From: Eledone cirrhosa
Taxonomy: Eukaryota
Reading direction: 5' to 3'
Assembly (NCBI GenBank): GCA_964016885.1
Contig: OZ024741.1
Location: 210,800,001 to 210,864,000 of the forward strand
Length of the DNA stretch: 64,000 nucleotides
How positions within the stretch are numbered: the stretch's first letter is position 1; each line of letters begins with the position of its first letter. Positions 1 through 13,000 of this stretch are shown one piece after another. The notes beneath the pieces are model-generated. The model searched no databases. It was not told where the DNA came from and was given only the letters and a program-made list of their open reading frames with translations. The translations under genes were made by a program, and so were the position numbers.

Positions 1-130
1 CCTCAGTTCACCTATCTCAGCCACAGTCCACTGTCTCAGCCTCAGTCCACTGTCTCAGCCACAGTCCACTGTCTCAGCCTCAGTCCACTGTCTCAGCCTC
101 AGTCCACCTATCTCAGCCACAGTCCACTGT

Positions 131-1200
131 CTCACCCTCAGTCCACCGTCTCAGCCACAGTCCACTGTCTCAGCCACAGTCCACTGTCTCAGCCACAGTC
201 CACTGTCTCAGCCACAGTCCACTGTCTCAGCCTCAGTTCACCTATCTCAACCACAGTCCACTGTCTCAGCCTCAGTTCACCTATCTCAACCACAGTCCAC
301 TGTCTCAGCCTCAGTCCACTGTCTCAGCCTCAGTTCACCTATCTCAACCACAGTCCACTGTCTCAGCCTCAGTCCACTGTCTCAGCCACAGTCCACTGTC
401 TCAGCCACAGTCCACTGTCTCAGCCTCAGTCCACTGTCTCAGCCACAGTCCACTGTCTCAGTCTCAGTCCACTGTCTCAGCCTCAGTCCACCTATCTCAG
501 CCACAGTCCACTGTCTCAACCACAGTCCACTGTCTCAGCCTCAGTTCACCTATCTCAACCACAGTCCACTGTCTCAGCCTCAGTCCACTGTCTCAGCCAC
601 AGTCCACTGTCTCAGCCTCAGTCCACTGTCTCAGCCACAGTCCACCTATCTCAGCCACAGTCCACTGTCTCACCCTCAGTCCACCGTCTCAGCCACAGTC
701 CACTGTCTCAGCCACAGTCCACTGTCTCAGCCACAGTCCACTGTCTCAGCCACAGTCCACTGTCTCAGCCTCAGTTCACCTATCTCAACCACAGTCCACT
801 GTCTCAGCCTCAGTTCACCTATCTCAACCACAGTCCACTGTCTCAGCCTCAGTCCACTGTCTCAGCCTCAGTTCACCTATCTCAACCACAGTCCACTGTC
901 TCAGCCTCAGTCCACTGTCTCAGCCACAGTCCACTGTCTCAGCCACAGTCCACTGTCTCAGCCTCAGTCCACTGTCTCAGCCACAGTCCACTGTCTCAGT
1001 CTCAGTCCACTGTCTCAGCCTCAGTCCACCTATCTCAGCCACAGTCCACTGTCTCAACCACAGTCCACTGTCTCAGCCTCAGTTCACCTATCTCAACCAC
1101 AGTCCACTGTCTCAGCCTCAGTCCACTGTCTCAGCCACAGTCCACTGTCTCAGCCTCAGTCCACTGTCTCAGCCACAGTCCACCTATCTCAGCCACAGTC
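131..1200 (+). repeat. 538-bp (28-monomer) higher-order repeat, two tandem copies; pair repeated at ~2909-3980
   Basis: Marker CTCACCCTCAGTCCACCG at 131/669 and 2909/3447 (both 538 apart). 538 = 22x19 + 6x20, and six 20-mers were counted. Confidence 0.85.
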
Positions 1201-4149
1201 CACTGTCTCAGCCACAGTCCACCTATCTCAGCCACAGTCCACTGTCTCAGCCACAGTCCACCTATCTCAACCACAGTCCACTGTCTCAGCCTCAGTCCAC
1301 CTATCTCAGCCACAGTCCACTGTCTCAGCCTCAGTCCACTGTCTCAGCCACAGTCCGCCTATCTCAGCCACAGTCCACCTATCTCACCCTCAGTCCACTG
1401 TCTCAGCCACAGTCCACCTATCTCAGCCTCAGTCCACTGTCTCAGCCTCAGTCCACTGTCTCAGCCTCAGTCCACCTATCTCAGCCTCAGTCCACTGTCT
1501 CAGCCTCAGTCCACTGTCTCAGCCTCAGTCCACCTATCTCAGCCACAGTCCACTGTCTCACCCTCAGTCCACCGTCTCAGCCACAGTCCACTGTCTCAGC
1601 CACAGTCCACTGTCTCAGCCACAGTCCACTGTCTCAGCCACAGTCCACTGTCTCAGCCTCAGTTCACCTATCTCAACCACAGTCCACTGTCTCAGCCTCA
1701 GTTCACCTATCTCAACCACAGTCCACTGTCTCAGCCTCAGTCCACTGTCTCAGCCTCAGTTCACCTATCTCAACCACAGTCCACTGTCTCAGCCTCAGTC
1801 CACTGTCTCAGCCACAGTCCACTGTCTCAGCCACAGTCCACTGTCTCAGCCTCAGTCCACTGTCTCAGCCACAGTCCACTGTCTCAGTCTCAGTCCACTG
1901 TCTCAGCCTCAGTCCACCTATCTCAGCCACAGTCCACTGTCTCAACCACAGTCCACTGTCTCAGCCTCAGTTCACCTATCTCAACCACAGTCCACTGTCT
2001 CAGCCTCAGTCCACTGTCTCAGCCACAGTCCACTGTCTCAGCCTCAGTCCACTGTCTCAGCCACAGTCCACCTATCTCAGCCACAGTCCACTGTCTCAGC
2101 CACAGTCCACCTATCTCAGCCACAGTCCACTGTCTCAGCCACAGTCCACCTATCTCAACCACAGTCCACTGTCTCAGCCTCAGTTCACCTATCTCAGCCA
2201 CAGTCCACTGTCTCAGCCTCAGTCCACTGTCTCAGCCACAGTCCACCTATCTCAGCCACAGTCCACTGTCTCAGCCACAGTCCACCTATCTCAGCCACAG
2301 TCCACCTATCTCAGCCACAGTCCACTGTCTCAGCCACAGTCCACCTATCTCAGCCACAGTCCACCTATCTCAGCCACAGTCCACTGTCTCAGCCACAGTC
2401 CACCTATCTCAGTCTCAGTCCACTGTCTCAGCCACAGTCCACTGTCTCAGTCTCAGTCCACCTATCTCAGTCTCAGTCCACTGTCACAGCCACAGTCCAC
2501 TGTCTCAGCCACAGTCCACTGTCTCAGCCTCAGTCCACTGTCTCAGCCTCAGTCCACCTAACTCAACCACAGTCCACTGTCTCAGCCTCAGTTCACCTAT
2601 CTCAGCCACAGTCCACTGTCTCAGCCTCAGTCCACTGTCTCAGCCACAGTCCACTGTCTCAGCCTCAGTCCACTGTCTCAGCCTCAGTCCACCTATCTCA
2701 ACCACAGTCCACTGTCTCAGCCTCAGTCCACTGTCTCAGCCTCAGTCCACCTAACTCAACCACAGTCCACTGTCTCAGCCTCAGTTCACCTATCTCAGCC
2801 ACAGTCCACTGTCTCAGCCTCAGTCCACTGTCTCAGCCACAGTCCACTGTCTCAGCCTCAGTCCACTGTCTCAGCCTCAGTCCACCTATCTCAGCCACAG
2901 TCCACTGTCTCACCCTCAGTCCACCGTCTCAGCCACAGTCCACTGTCTCAGCCACAGTCCACTGTCTCAGCCACAGTCCACTGTCTCAGCCACAGTCCAC
3001 TGTCTCAGCCTCAGTTCACCTATCTCAACCACAGTCCACTGTCTCAGCCTCAGTTCACCTATCTCAACCACAGTCCACTGTCTCAGCCTCAGTCCACTGT
3101 CTCAGCCTCAGTTCACCTATCTCAACCACAGTCCACTGTCTCAGCCTCAGTCCACTGTCTCAGCCACAGTCCACTGTCTCAGCCACAGTCCACTGTCTCA
3201 GCCTCAGTCCACTGTCTCAGCCACAGTCCACTGTCTCAGTCTCAGTCCACTGTCTCAGCCTCAGTCCACCTATCTCAGCCACAGTCCACTGTCTCAACCA
3301 CAGTCCACTGTCTCAGCCTCAGTTCACCTATCTCAACCACAGTCCACTGTCTCAGCCTCAGTCCACTGTCTCAGCCACAGTCCACTGTCTCAGCCTCAGT
3401 CCACTGTCTCAGCCACAGTCCACCTATCTCAGCCACAGTCCACTGTCTCACCCTCAGTCCACCGTCTCAGCCACAGTCCACTGTCTCAGCCACAGTCCAC
3501 TGTCTCAGCCACAGTCCACTGTCTCAGCCACAGTCCACTGTCTCAGCCTCAGTTCACCTATCTCAACCACAGTCCACTGTCTCAGCCTCAGTTCACCTAT
3601 CTCAACCACAGTCCACTGTCTCAGCCTCAGTCCACTGTCTCAGCCTCAGTTCACCTATCTCAACCACAGTCCACTGTCTCAGCCTCAGTCCACTGTCTCA
3701 GCCACAGTCCACTGTCTCAGCCACAGTCCACTGTCTCAGCCTCAGTCCACTGTCTCAGCCACAGTCCACTGTCTCAGTCTCAGTCCACTGTCTCAGCCTC
3801 AGTCCACCTATCTCAGCCACAGTCCACTGTCTCAACCACAGTCCACTGTCTCAGCCTCAGTTCACCTATCTCAACCACAGTCCACTGTCTCAGCCTCAGT
3901 CCACTGTCTCAGCCACAGTCCACTGTCTCAGCCTCAGTCCACTGTCTCAGCCACAGTCCACCTATCTCAGCCACAGTCCACTGTCTCAGCCACAGTCCAC
4001 CTATCTCAGCCACAGTCCACTGTCTCAGCCACAGTCCACCTATCTCAACCACAGTCCACTGTCTCAGCCTCAGTTCACCTATCTCAGCCACAGTCCACTG
4101 TCTCAGCCTCAGTCCACTGTCTCAGCCACAGTCCACATATCTCAGCCAC

Positions 4150-7060
4150 AGTCCACTGTCTCACCCTCAGTCCACCGTCTCAGCCACAGTCCACTGTCTC
4201 AGCCACAGTCCACTGTCTCAGCCACAGTCCACTGTCTCAGCCACAGTCCACTGTCTCAGCCTCAGTTCACCTATCTCAACCACAGTCCACTGTCTCAGCC
4301 TCAGTTCACCTATCTCAACCACAGTCCACTGTCTCAGCCTCAGTCCACTGTCTCAGCCTCAGTTCACCTATCTCAACCACAGTCCACTGTCTCAGCCTCA
4401 GTCCACTGTCTCAGCCACAGTCCACTGTCTCAGCCACAGTCCACTGTCTCAGCCTCAGTCCACTGTCTCAGCCACAGTCCACTGTCTCAGTCTCAGTCCA
4501 CTGTCTCAGCCTCAGTCCACCTATCTCAGCCACAGTCCACTGTCTCAACCACAGTCCACTGTCTCAGCCTCAGTTCACCTATCTCAACCACAGTCCACTG
4601 TCTCAGCCTCAGTCCACTGTCTCAGCCACAGTCCACTGTCTCAGCCTCAGTCCACTGTCTCAGCCACAGTCCACCTATCTCAGCCACAGTCCACTGTCTC
4701 AGCCACAGTCCACCTATCTCAGCCACAGTCCACTGTCTCAGCCACAGTCCACCTATCTCAACCACAGTCCACTGTCTCAGCCTCAGTTCACCTATCTCAG
4801 CCACAGTCCACTGTCTCAGCCTCAGTCCACTGTCTCAGCCACAGTCCACCTATCTCAGCCACAGTCCACTGTCTCAGCCACAGTCCACCTATCTCAGCCA
4901 CAGTCCACCTATCTCAGCCACAGTCCACTGTCTCAGCCACAGTCCACCTATCTCAGCCACAGTCCACCTATCTCAGCCACAGTCCACTGTCTCAGCCACA
5001 GTCCACCTATCTCAGTCTCAGTCCACTGTCTCAGCCACAGTACACTGTCTCAGTCTCAGTCCACCTATCTCAGTCTCAGTCCACTGTCACAGCCACAGTC
5101 CACTGTCTCAGTCTCAGTCCACCTATCTCAGTCTCAGTCCACTGTCTCAGCCACAGTCCACCTATCTCAGCCACAGTCCACTGTCTCAGTCTCAGTCCAC
5201 CTATCTCAGTCCCAGTCCACTGTCTCAGCCACAGTCCACTGTCTCAGTCTCAGTCCACCTATCTCAGCCACAGTCCACTGTCTCAGCCTCAGTCCACTGT
5301 CTCAGCCACAGTCCACTGTCTCAGCCTCAGTCCACTGTCTCAGCCTCAGTCCACCTAACTCAACCACAGTCCACTGTCTCAGCCTCAGTTCACCTATCTC
5401 AGCCACAGTCCACTGTCTCAGCCTCAGTCCACTGTCTCAGCCACAGTCCACTGTCTCAGCCTCAGTCCACTGTCTCAGCCTCAGTCCACCTATCTCAACC
5501 ACAGTCCACTGTCTCAGCCTCAGTCCACTGTCTCAGCCTCAGTCCACCTAACTCAACCACAGTCCACTGTCTCAGCCTCAGTTCACCTATCTCAGCCACA
5601 GTCCACTGTCTCAGCCTCAGTCCACTGTCTCAGCCACAGTCCACTGTCTCAGCCTCAGTCCACTGTCTCAGCCTCAGTCCACCTATCTCAGCCACAGTCC
5701 ACTGTCTCACCCTCAGTCCACCGTCTCAGCCACAGTCCACTGTCTCAGCCACAGTCCACTGTCTCAGCCACAGTCCACTGTCTCAGCCACAGTCCACTGT
5801 CTCAGCCTCAGTTCACCTATCTCAACCACAGTCCACTGTCTCAGCCTCAGTTCACCTATCTCAACCACAGTCCACTGTCTCAGCCTCAGTCCACTGTCTC
5901 AGCCTCAGTTCACCTATCTCAACCACAGTCCACTGTCTCAGCCTCAGTCCACTGTCTCAGCCACAGTCCACTGTCTCAGCCACAGTCCACTGTCTCAGCC
6001 TCAGTCCACTGTCTCAGCCACAGTCCACTGTCTCAGTCTCAGTCCACTGTCTCAGCCTCAGTCCACCTATCTCAGCCACAGTCCACTGTCTCAACCACAG
6101 TCCACTGTCTCAGCCTCAGTTCACCTATCTCAACCACAGTCCACTGTCTCAGCCTCAGTCCACTGTCTCAGCCACAGTCCACTGTCTCAGCCTCAGTCCA
6201 CTGTCTCAGCCACAGTCCACCTATCTCAGCCACAGTCCACTGTCTCAGCCACAGTCCACCTATCTCAGCCACAGTCCACTGTCTCAGCCACAGTCCACCT
6301 ATCTCAACCACAGTCCACTGTCTCAGCCTCAGTTCACCTATCTCAGCCACAGTCCACTGTCTCAGCCTCAGTCCACTGTCTCAGCCACAGTCCACCTATC
6401 TCAGCCACAGTCCACTGTCTCAGCCACAGTCCACCTATCTCAGCCACAGTCCACCTATCTCAGCCACAGTCCACTGTCTCAGCCACAGTCCACCTATCTC
6501 AGCCACAGTCCACCTATCTCAGCCACAGTCCACTGTCTCAGCCACAGTCCACCTATCTCAGTCTCAGTCCACTGTCTCAGCCACAGTCCACTGTCTCAGT
6601 CTCAGTCCACCTATCTCAGTCTCAGTCCACTGTCACAGCCACAGTCCACTGTCTCAGTCTCAGTCCACCTATCTCAGTCTCAGTCCACTGTCTCAGCCAC
6701 AGTCCACCTATCTCAGCCACAGTCCACTGTCTCAGTCTCAGTCCACCTATCTCAGTCCCAGTCCACTGTCTCAGCCACAGTCCACTGTCTCAGTCTCAGT
6801 CCACCTATCTCAGCCACAGTCCACTGTCTCAGCCTCCGTCCACTGTCTCAGCCACAGTCCACTGTCTCAGCCTCAGTCCACTGTCTCAGCCTCAGTCCAC
6901 CTAACTCAACCACAGTCCACTGTCTCAGCCTCAGTTCACCTATCTCAGCCACAGTCCACTGTCTCAGCCTCAGTCCACTGTCTCAGCCACAGTCCACTGT
7001 CTCAGCCTCAGTCCACTGTCTCAGCCTCAGTCCACCTATCTCAACCACAGTCCACTGTCT
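4150..7060 (+). repeat. Tandem duplication, 1546-bp offset
   Basis: Markers CTCACCC 4160/5706, GTCCCAG 5209/6755, CCTAACT 5354/6900; minus-strand ORF copies at 4622/6168. Confidence 0.85.
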
Positions 7061-10000
7061 CAGCCTCAGTCCACCTATCTCAACCACAGTCCACCTATCT
7101 CAGCCACAGTCCACTGTCTCAGCCTCAGTCCACTGTCTCAGCCACAGTCCACCTATCTCAGCCACAGTCCACTGTCTCAGCCACAGTCCACTGTCTCAGT
7201 CTCAGTCCACCTATCTTAGCCACAGTCCACTGTCTCAGCCACAGTCCACCTATCTCAGCCACAGTCCACCTATCTCAGCCACAGTCCACTGTCTCAGCCA
7301 CAGTCCACCTATCTCAGTCTCAGTCCACTGTCTCAGCCACAGTCCACTGTCTCAGTCTCAGTCCACCTATCTCAGCCACAGTCCACTGTCTCAGCCACAG
7401 TCCACCTATCTCAGCCACAGTCCACCTATCTCAGCCACAGTCCACCTATCTCACCCTCAGTCCACTGTCTCAGCCACAGTCCACCTATCTCAGCCTCAGT
7501 CCACTGACTCAGCCTCAGTCCACTGTCTCAGCCTCAGTCCACCTATCTCAGCCTCAGTCCACTGTCTCAGCCTCAGTCCACTGTCTCAGCCTCAGTCCAC
7601 CTATCTCAGCCACAGTCCACTGTCTCACCATCAGTCCACCATCTCAGCCACAGTCCACTGTCTCAGCCACAGTCCACTGTCTCAGCCACAGTCCACTGTC
7701 TCAGCCACAGTCCACTGTCTCAGCCACAGTCCACTGTCTCAGCCTCAGTTCACCTATCTCAACCACAGTCCACTGTCTCAGCCTCAGTTCACCTATCTCA
7801 ACCACAGTCCACTGTCTCAGCCTCAGTCCACTGTCTCAGCCTCAGTCCACCTATCTCAACCACAGTCCACTGTCTCAGCCTCAGTCCACTGTCTCAGCCA
7901 CAGTCCACTGTCTCAGCCACAGTCCACTGTCTCAGCCTCAGTCCACTGTCTCAGCCACAGTCCACTGTCTCAGTCTCAGTCCACTGTCTGAGCCTCAGTC
8001 CACCTATCTCAGCCACAGTCCACTGTCTCAGCCTCAGTTCACCTATCTCAACCACAGTCCACTGTCTCAGCCTCAGTCCACTGTCTCAGCCTCAGTCCAC
8101 TGTCTCAGCCTCAGTCCACTGTCTCAGCCACAGTCCACCTATCTCAGCCACAGTCCACTGTCTCAGCCACAGTCCACCTATCTCAGCCACAGTCCACTGT
8201 CTCAGCCACAGTCCACCTATCTCAACCACAGTCCACTGTCTCAGCCTCAGTTCACCTATCTCAGCCACAGTCCAATGTCTCAGCCTCAGTCCACTGTCTC
8301 AGCCACAGTCCACCTATCTCAGCCACAGTCCACTGTCTCAGCCACAGTCCACCTATCTCAGCCACAGTCCACCTATCTCAGCCACAGTCCACTGTCTCAG
8401 CCACAGTCCACCTATCTCAGCCACAGTCCACCTATCTCAGCCACAGTTCACCTATCTCAACCACTGTCTCAGCCACAGTCCACTGTCTCAGCCACAGTCC
8501 ACCTATCTCAGTCTCAGTCCACTGCCTCAGCCACAGTCCACTGTCTCAGTCTCAGTCCACCTATCTCAGTCTCAGTCCACTGTCTCAGCCACAGTCCACC
8601 TATCTCAGCCACAGTCCACTGTCTCAGTCTCAGTCCACCTATCTCAGTCTCAGTCCACTGTCTCAGCCACAGTCCACTGTCTCAGTCTCAGTCCACCTAT
8701 ATCAGCCACAGTCCACTGTCTCAGCCTCAGTCCACTGTCTCAGCCACAGTCCACTGTCTCAGCCTCAGTCCACCTATCTCAGCCACAGTCCACTGTCTCA
8801 GCCACAGTCCACCTATCTCAGTCTCAGTCCACTGTCTCAGCCACAGTCCACTGTCTCAGTCTCAGTCCACCTATCTCAGTCTCAGTCCACTGTCTCAGCC
8901 ACAGTCCACCTATCTCAGCCACAGTCCACTGTCTCAGTCTCAGTCCACCTATCTCAGTCTCAGTCCACTGTCTCAGCCACAGTCCACTGTCTCAGCCTCA
9001 GTCCACCTATCTCAACCACAGTCCACTGTCTCAGCCTCAGTTCACCTATCTCAGCCACAGTCCACTGTCTCAGCCACAGTCCACTGTCTCAGCATCAGTT
9101 CACTGTCTCAGCCACAGTCCACCTATCTCAGCCACAGTCCACTGTCTCAGCCACAGTCCACCTATCTCAGCCACAGTCCACTGTCTCAGCCTCAGTCCAC
9201 TGTCTCAGCCACAGTCCACCTATCTCAGCCACAGTCCACCTATCTCAACCACAGTCCACTGTCTCAGCCTCAGTTCACCTATCTCAACCACAGTCCACTG
9301 TCTCAGCCTCAGTCCACTGTCTCAGCCACAGTCCACTGTCTCAGCCTCATTCCACTGTCTCAGTCTCAGTCCACCTATGTCAGCCACAGTCCACTGTCTC
9401 AGTCTCAGTCCACTGTCTCAGCCTCAGTCCACCTATCTCAGCCACAGACCACTGTCTCAGCCACAGTCCACCTATCTCAGCCACAGTCCACTGTCTCAGC
9501 CACAGTCCACCTATCTCAACCACAGTCCACTGTCTCAGCCTCAGTCCACTGTCTCAGCCACAGTTCACCTATCTCAGCCACAGTCCACTGTCTCAGCCAC
9601 AGTCCACCTATCTCAGTCTCAGTCCACTGTCTCAGCCACAGTCCACTGTCTCAGTCTCAGTCCACCTATCTCAGTCTCAGTCCACTGTCACAGCCACAGT
9701 CCACTGTCTCAGTCTCAGTCCACCTATCTCAGTCTCAGTCCACTGTCTCAGCCACAGTCCACCTATCTCAACCACAGTCCACTGTCTCAGCCTCAGTTCA
9801 CCTATCTCAGCCACAGTCCACTGTCTCAGCCTCAGTCCACTGTCTCAGCCACAGTCCACTGTCTCAGCCTCAGTCCACTGTCTCAGCCTCAGTCCACCTA
9901 TCTCAACCACAGTCCACTGTCTCAGCCACAGTCCACCTATCTCAGCCACAGTCCACTGTCTCAGCCTCAGTCCACTGTCTCAGCCACAGTCCACCTATCT

Positions 10001-10099
10001 CAGCCACAGTCCACTGTCTCAGCCACAGTCCACTGTCTCAGTCTCAGTCCACCTATCTCAGCCACAGTCCACTGTCTCAGCCACAGTCCACCTATCTCA

Positions 10100-13000
10100 G
10101 CCACAGTCCACCTATCTCAGTCTCAGTCCACTGTCTCAGCCACAGTCCACTGTCTCAGTCTCAGTCCACCTATCTCAGTCTCAGTCCACTGTCTCAGCCA
10201 CAGTCCACCTATCTCAGCCACAGTCCACTGTCTCAGTCTCAGTCCACCTATCTCAGTCTCAGTCCACTGTCTCAGCCACAGTCCACTGTCTCAGTCTCAG
10301 TCCACCTATCTCAGCCACTGTCCACTGTCTCAGCCTCAGTCCACTGTCTCAGCCACAGTCCACTGTCTCAGCCTCAGTCCACTGTCTCAGCCTCAGTCCA
10401 CCTATCTCAACCACAGTCCACTGTCTCAGCCTCAGTTCACCTATCTCAGCCACAGTCCACTGTCTCAGCCTCAGTCCACTGTCTCAGCCACAGTCCACTG
10501 TCTCAGCCTCAGTCCACTGTCTCAGCCTCAGTCCACCTATCTCAACCACAGTCCACTGTCTCAGCCACAGTCCACCTATCTCAGCCACAGTCCACTGTCT
10601 CAGCCTCAGTCCACTGTCTCAGCCACAGTCCACCAATCTCAGCCACAGTCCACTGTCTCAGCCACAGTCCACTGTCTCAGTCTCAGTCCACCTATCTCAG
10701 CCACAGTCCACTGTCTCAGCCACAGTCCACCTATCTCAGCCACAGTCCACCTATCTCAGCCACAGTCCACTGTCTCAGCCACAGTCCACCTATCTCAGTC
10801 TCAGTCCACTGTCTCAGCCACAGTCCACTGTCTGAGTCTCAGTCCACCTATCTCAGCCACAGTCCACTGTCTCAGCCACAGTCCACCTATCTCAGCCACA
10901 GTCCACTGTCTCAGCCACATTCCACCTATCTCAGTCTCAGTCCACTGTCTCAGCCACAGTCCACTGTCTCAGTCTCAGTCCACCTATCTCAGCCACAGTC
11001 CACTGTCTCAGCCACAGTCCACCTATCTCAGCCACAGTCCACCTATCTCAGCCACAGTCCACCTATCTCACCCTCAGTCCACTGTCTCAGCCACAGTCCA
11101 CCTATCTCAGCCTCAGTCCACTGTCTCAGCCTCAGTCCACTGTCTCAGCCTCAGTCCACCTATCTCAGCCTCAGTCCACTGTCTCAGCCTCAGTCCACTG
11201 TCTCAGCCTCAGTCCACCTATCTCAGCCACAGTCCACTGTCTCACCCTCAGTCCACCGTCTCAGCCACAGTCCACTGTCTCAGCCACAGTCCACTGTCTC
11301 AGCCACAGTCCACTGTCTCAGCCACAGTCCACTGTCTCAGCCTCAGTTCACCTATCTCAACCACAGTCCACTGTCTCAGCCTCAGTTCACCTATCTCAAC
11401 CACAGTCCACTGTCTCAGCCTCAGTCCACTGTCTCAGCCTCAGTTCACCTATCTCAACCACAGTCCACTGTCTCAGCCTCAGTCCACTGTCTCAGCCACA
11501 GTCCACTGTCTTAGCCACAGTCCACTGTCTCAGCCTCAGTCCACTGTCTCAGCCACAGTCCACTGTCTCAGTCTCAGTCCACTGTCTCAGCCTCAGTCCA
11601 CCTATCTCAGCCACAGTCCACTGTCTCAACCACAGTCCACTGTCTCAGCCTCAGTTCACCTATCTCAACCACAGTCCACTGTCTCAGCCTCAGTCCACTG
11701 TCTCAGCCACAGTCCACTGTCTCAGCCTCAGTCCACTGTCTCAGCCACAGTCCACCTATCTCAGCCACAGTCCACTGTCTCAGCCACAGTCCACCTATCT
11801 CAGCCACAGTCCACTGTCTCAGCCACAGTCCACCTATCTCAACCACAGTCCACTGTCTCAGCCTCAGTTCACCTATCTCAGCCACAGTCCACTGTCTCAG
11901 CCTCAGTCCACTGTCTCAGCCACAGTCCACCTATCTCCGCCACAGTCCACTGTCTCAGCCACAGTCCACCTATCTCAGCCACAGTCCACCTATCTCAGCC
12001 ACAGTCCACTGTCTCAGCCACAGTCCACCTATCTCAGCCACAGTCCACCTATCTCAGCCACAGTCCACTGTCTCAGCCACAGTCCACCTATCTCAGTCTC
12101 AGTCCACTGTCACAGCCACAGTCCACTGTCTCAGTCTCAGTCCACCTATCTCAGTCTCAGTCCACTGTCTCAGCCACAGTCCACCTATCTCAGCCACAGT
12201 CCACTGTCTCAGTCTCAGTCCACCTATCTCAGTCTCAGTCCACTGTCTCAGCCACAGGCCACTGTCTCAGTCTCAGTCCACCTATCTCAGCCACTGTCCA
12301 CTGTCTCAGCCTCAGTCCACTGTCTCAGCCACAGTCCACTGTCTCAGCCTCAGTCCACTGTCTCAGCCTCAGTCCACCTATCTCAACCACAGTCCACTGT
12401 CTCAGCCTCAGTTCACCTATCTCAGCCACAGTCCACTGTCTCAGCCTCAGTCCACTGTCTCAGCCACAGTCCACTGTCTCAGCCTCAGTCCACTGTCTCA
12501 GCCTCAGTCCACCTATCTCAACCACAGTCCACTGTCTCAGCCACAGTCCACCTATCTCAGCCACAGTCCACTGTCTCAGCCTCAGTCCACTGTCTCAGCC
12601 ACAGTCCACCTATCTCAGCCACAGTCCACTGTCTCAGCCACAGTCCACTGTCTCAGTCTCAGTCCACCTATCTCAGCCACAGTCCACTGTCTCAGCCACA
12701 GTCCACCTATCTCAGCCACAGTCCACCTATCTCAGCCACAGTCCACTGTCTCAGCCACAGTCCACCTATCTCAGTCTCAGTCCACTGTCTCAGCCACAGT
12801 CCACTGTCTCAGTCTCAGTCCACCTATCTCAGCCACAGTCCACTGTCTCAGCCACAGTCCACCTATCTCAGCCACAGTCCACTGTCTCAGCCACATTCCA
12901 CCTATCTCAGTCTCAGTCCACTGTCTCAGCCACAGTCCACTGTCTCAGTCTCAGTCCACCTATCTCAGCCACAGTCCACTGTCTCAGCCACAGTCCACCT

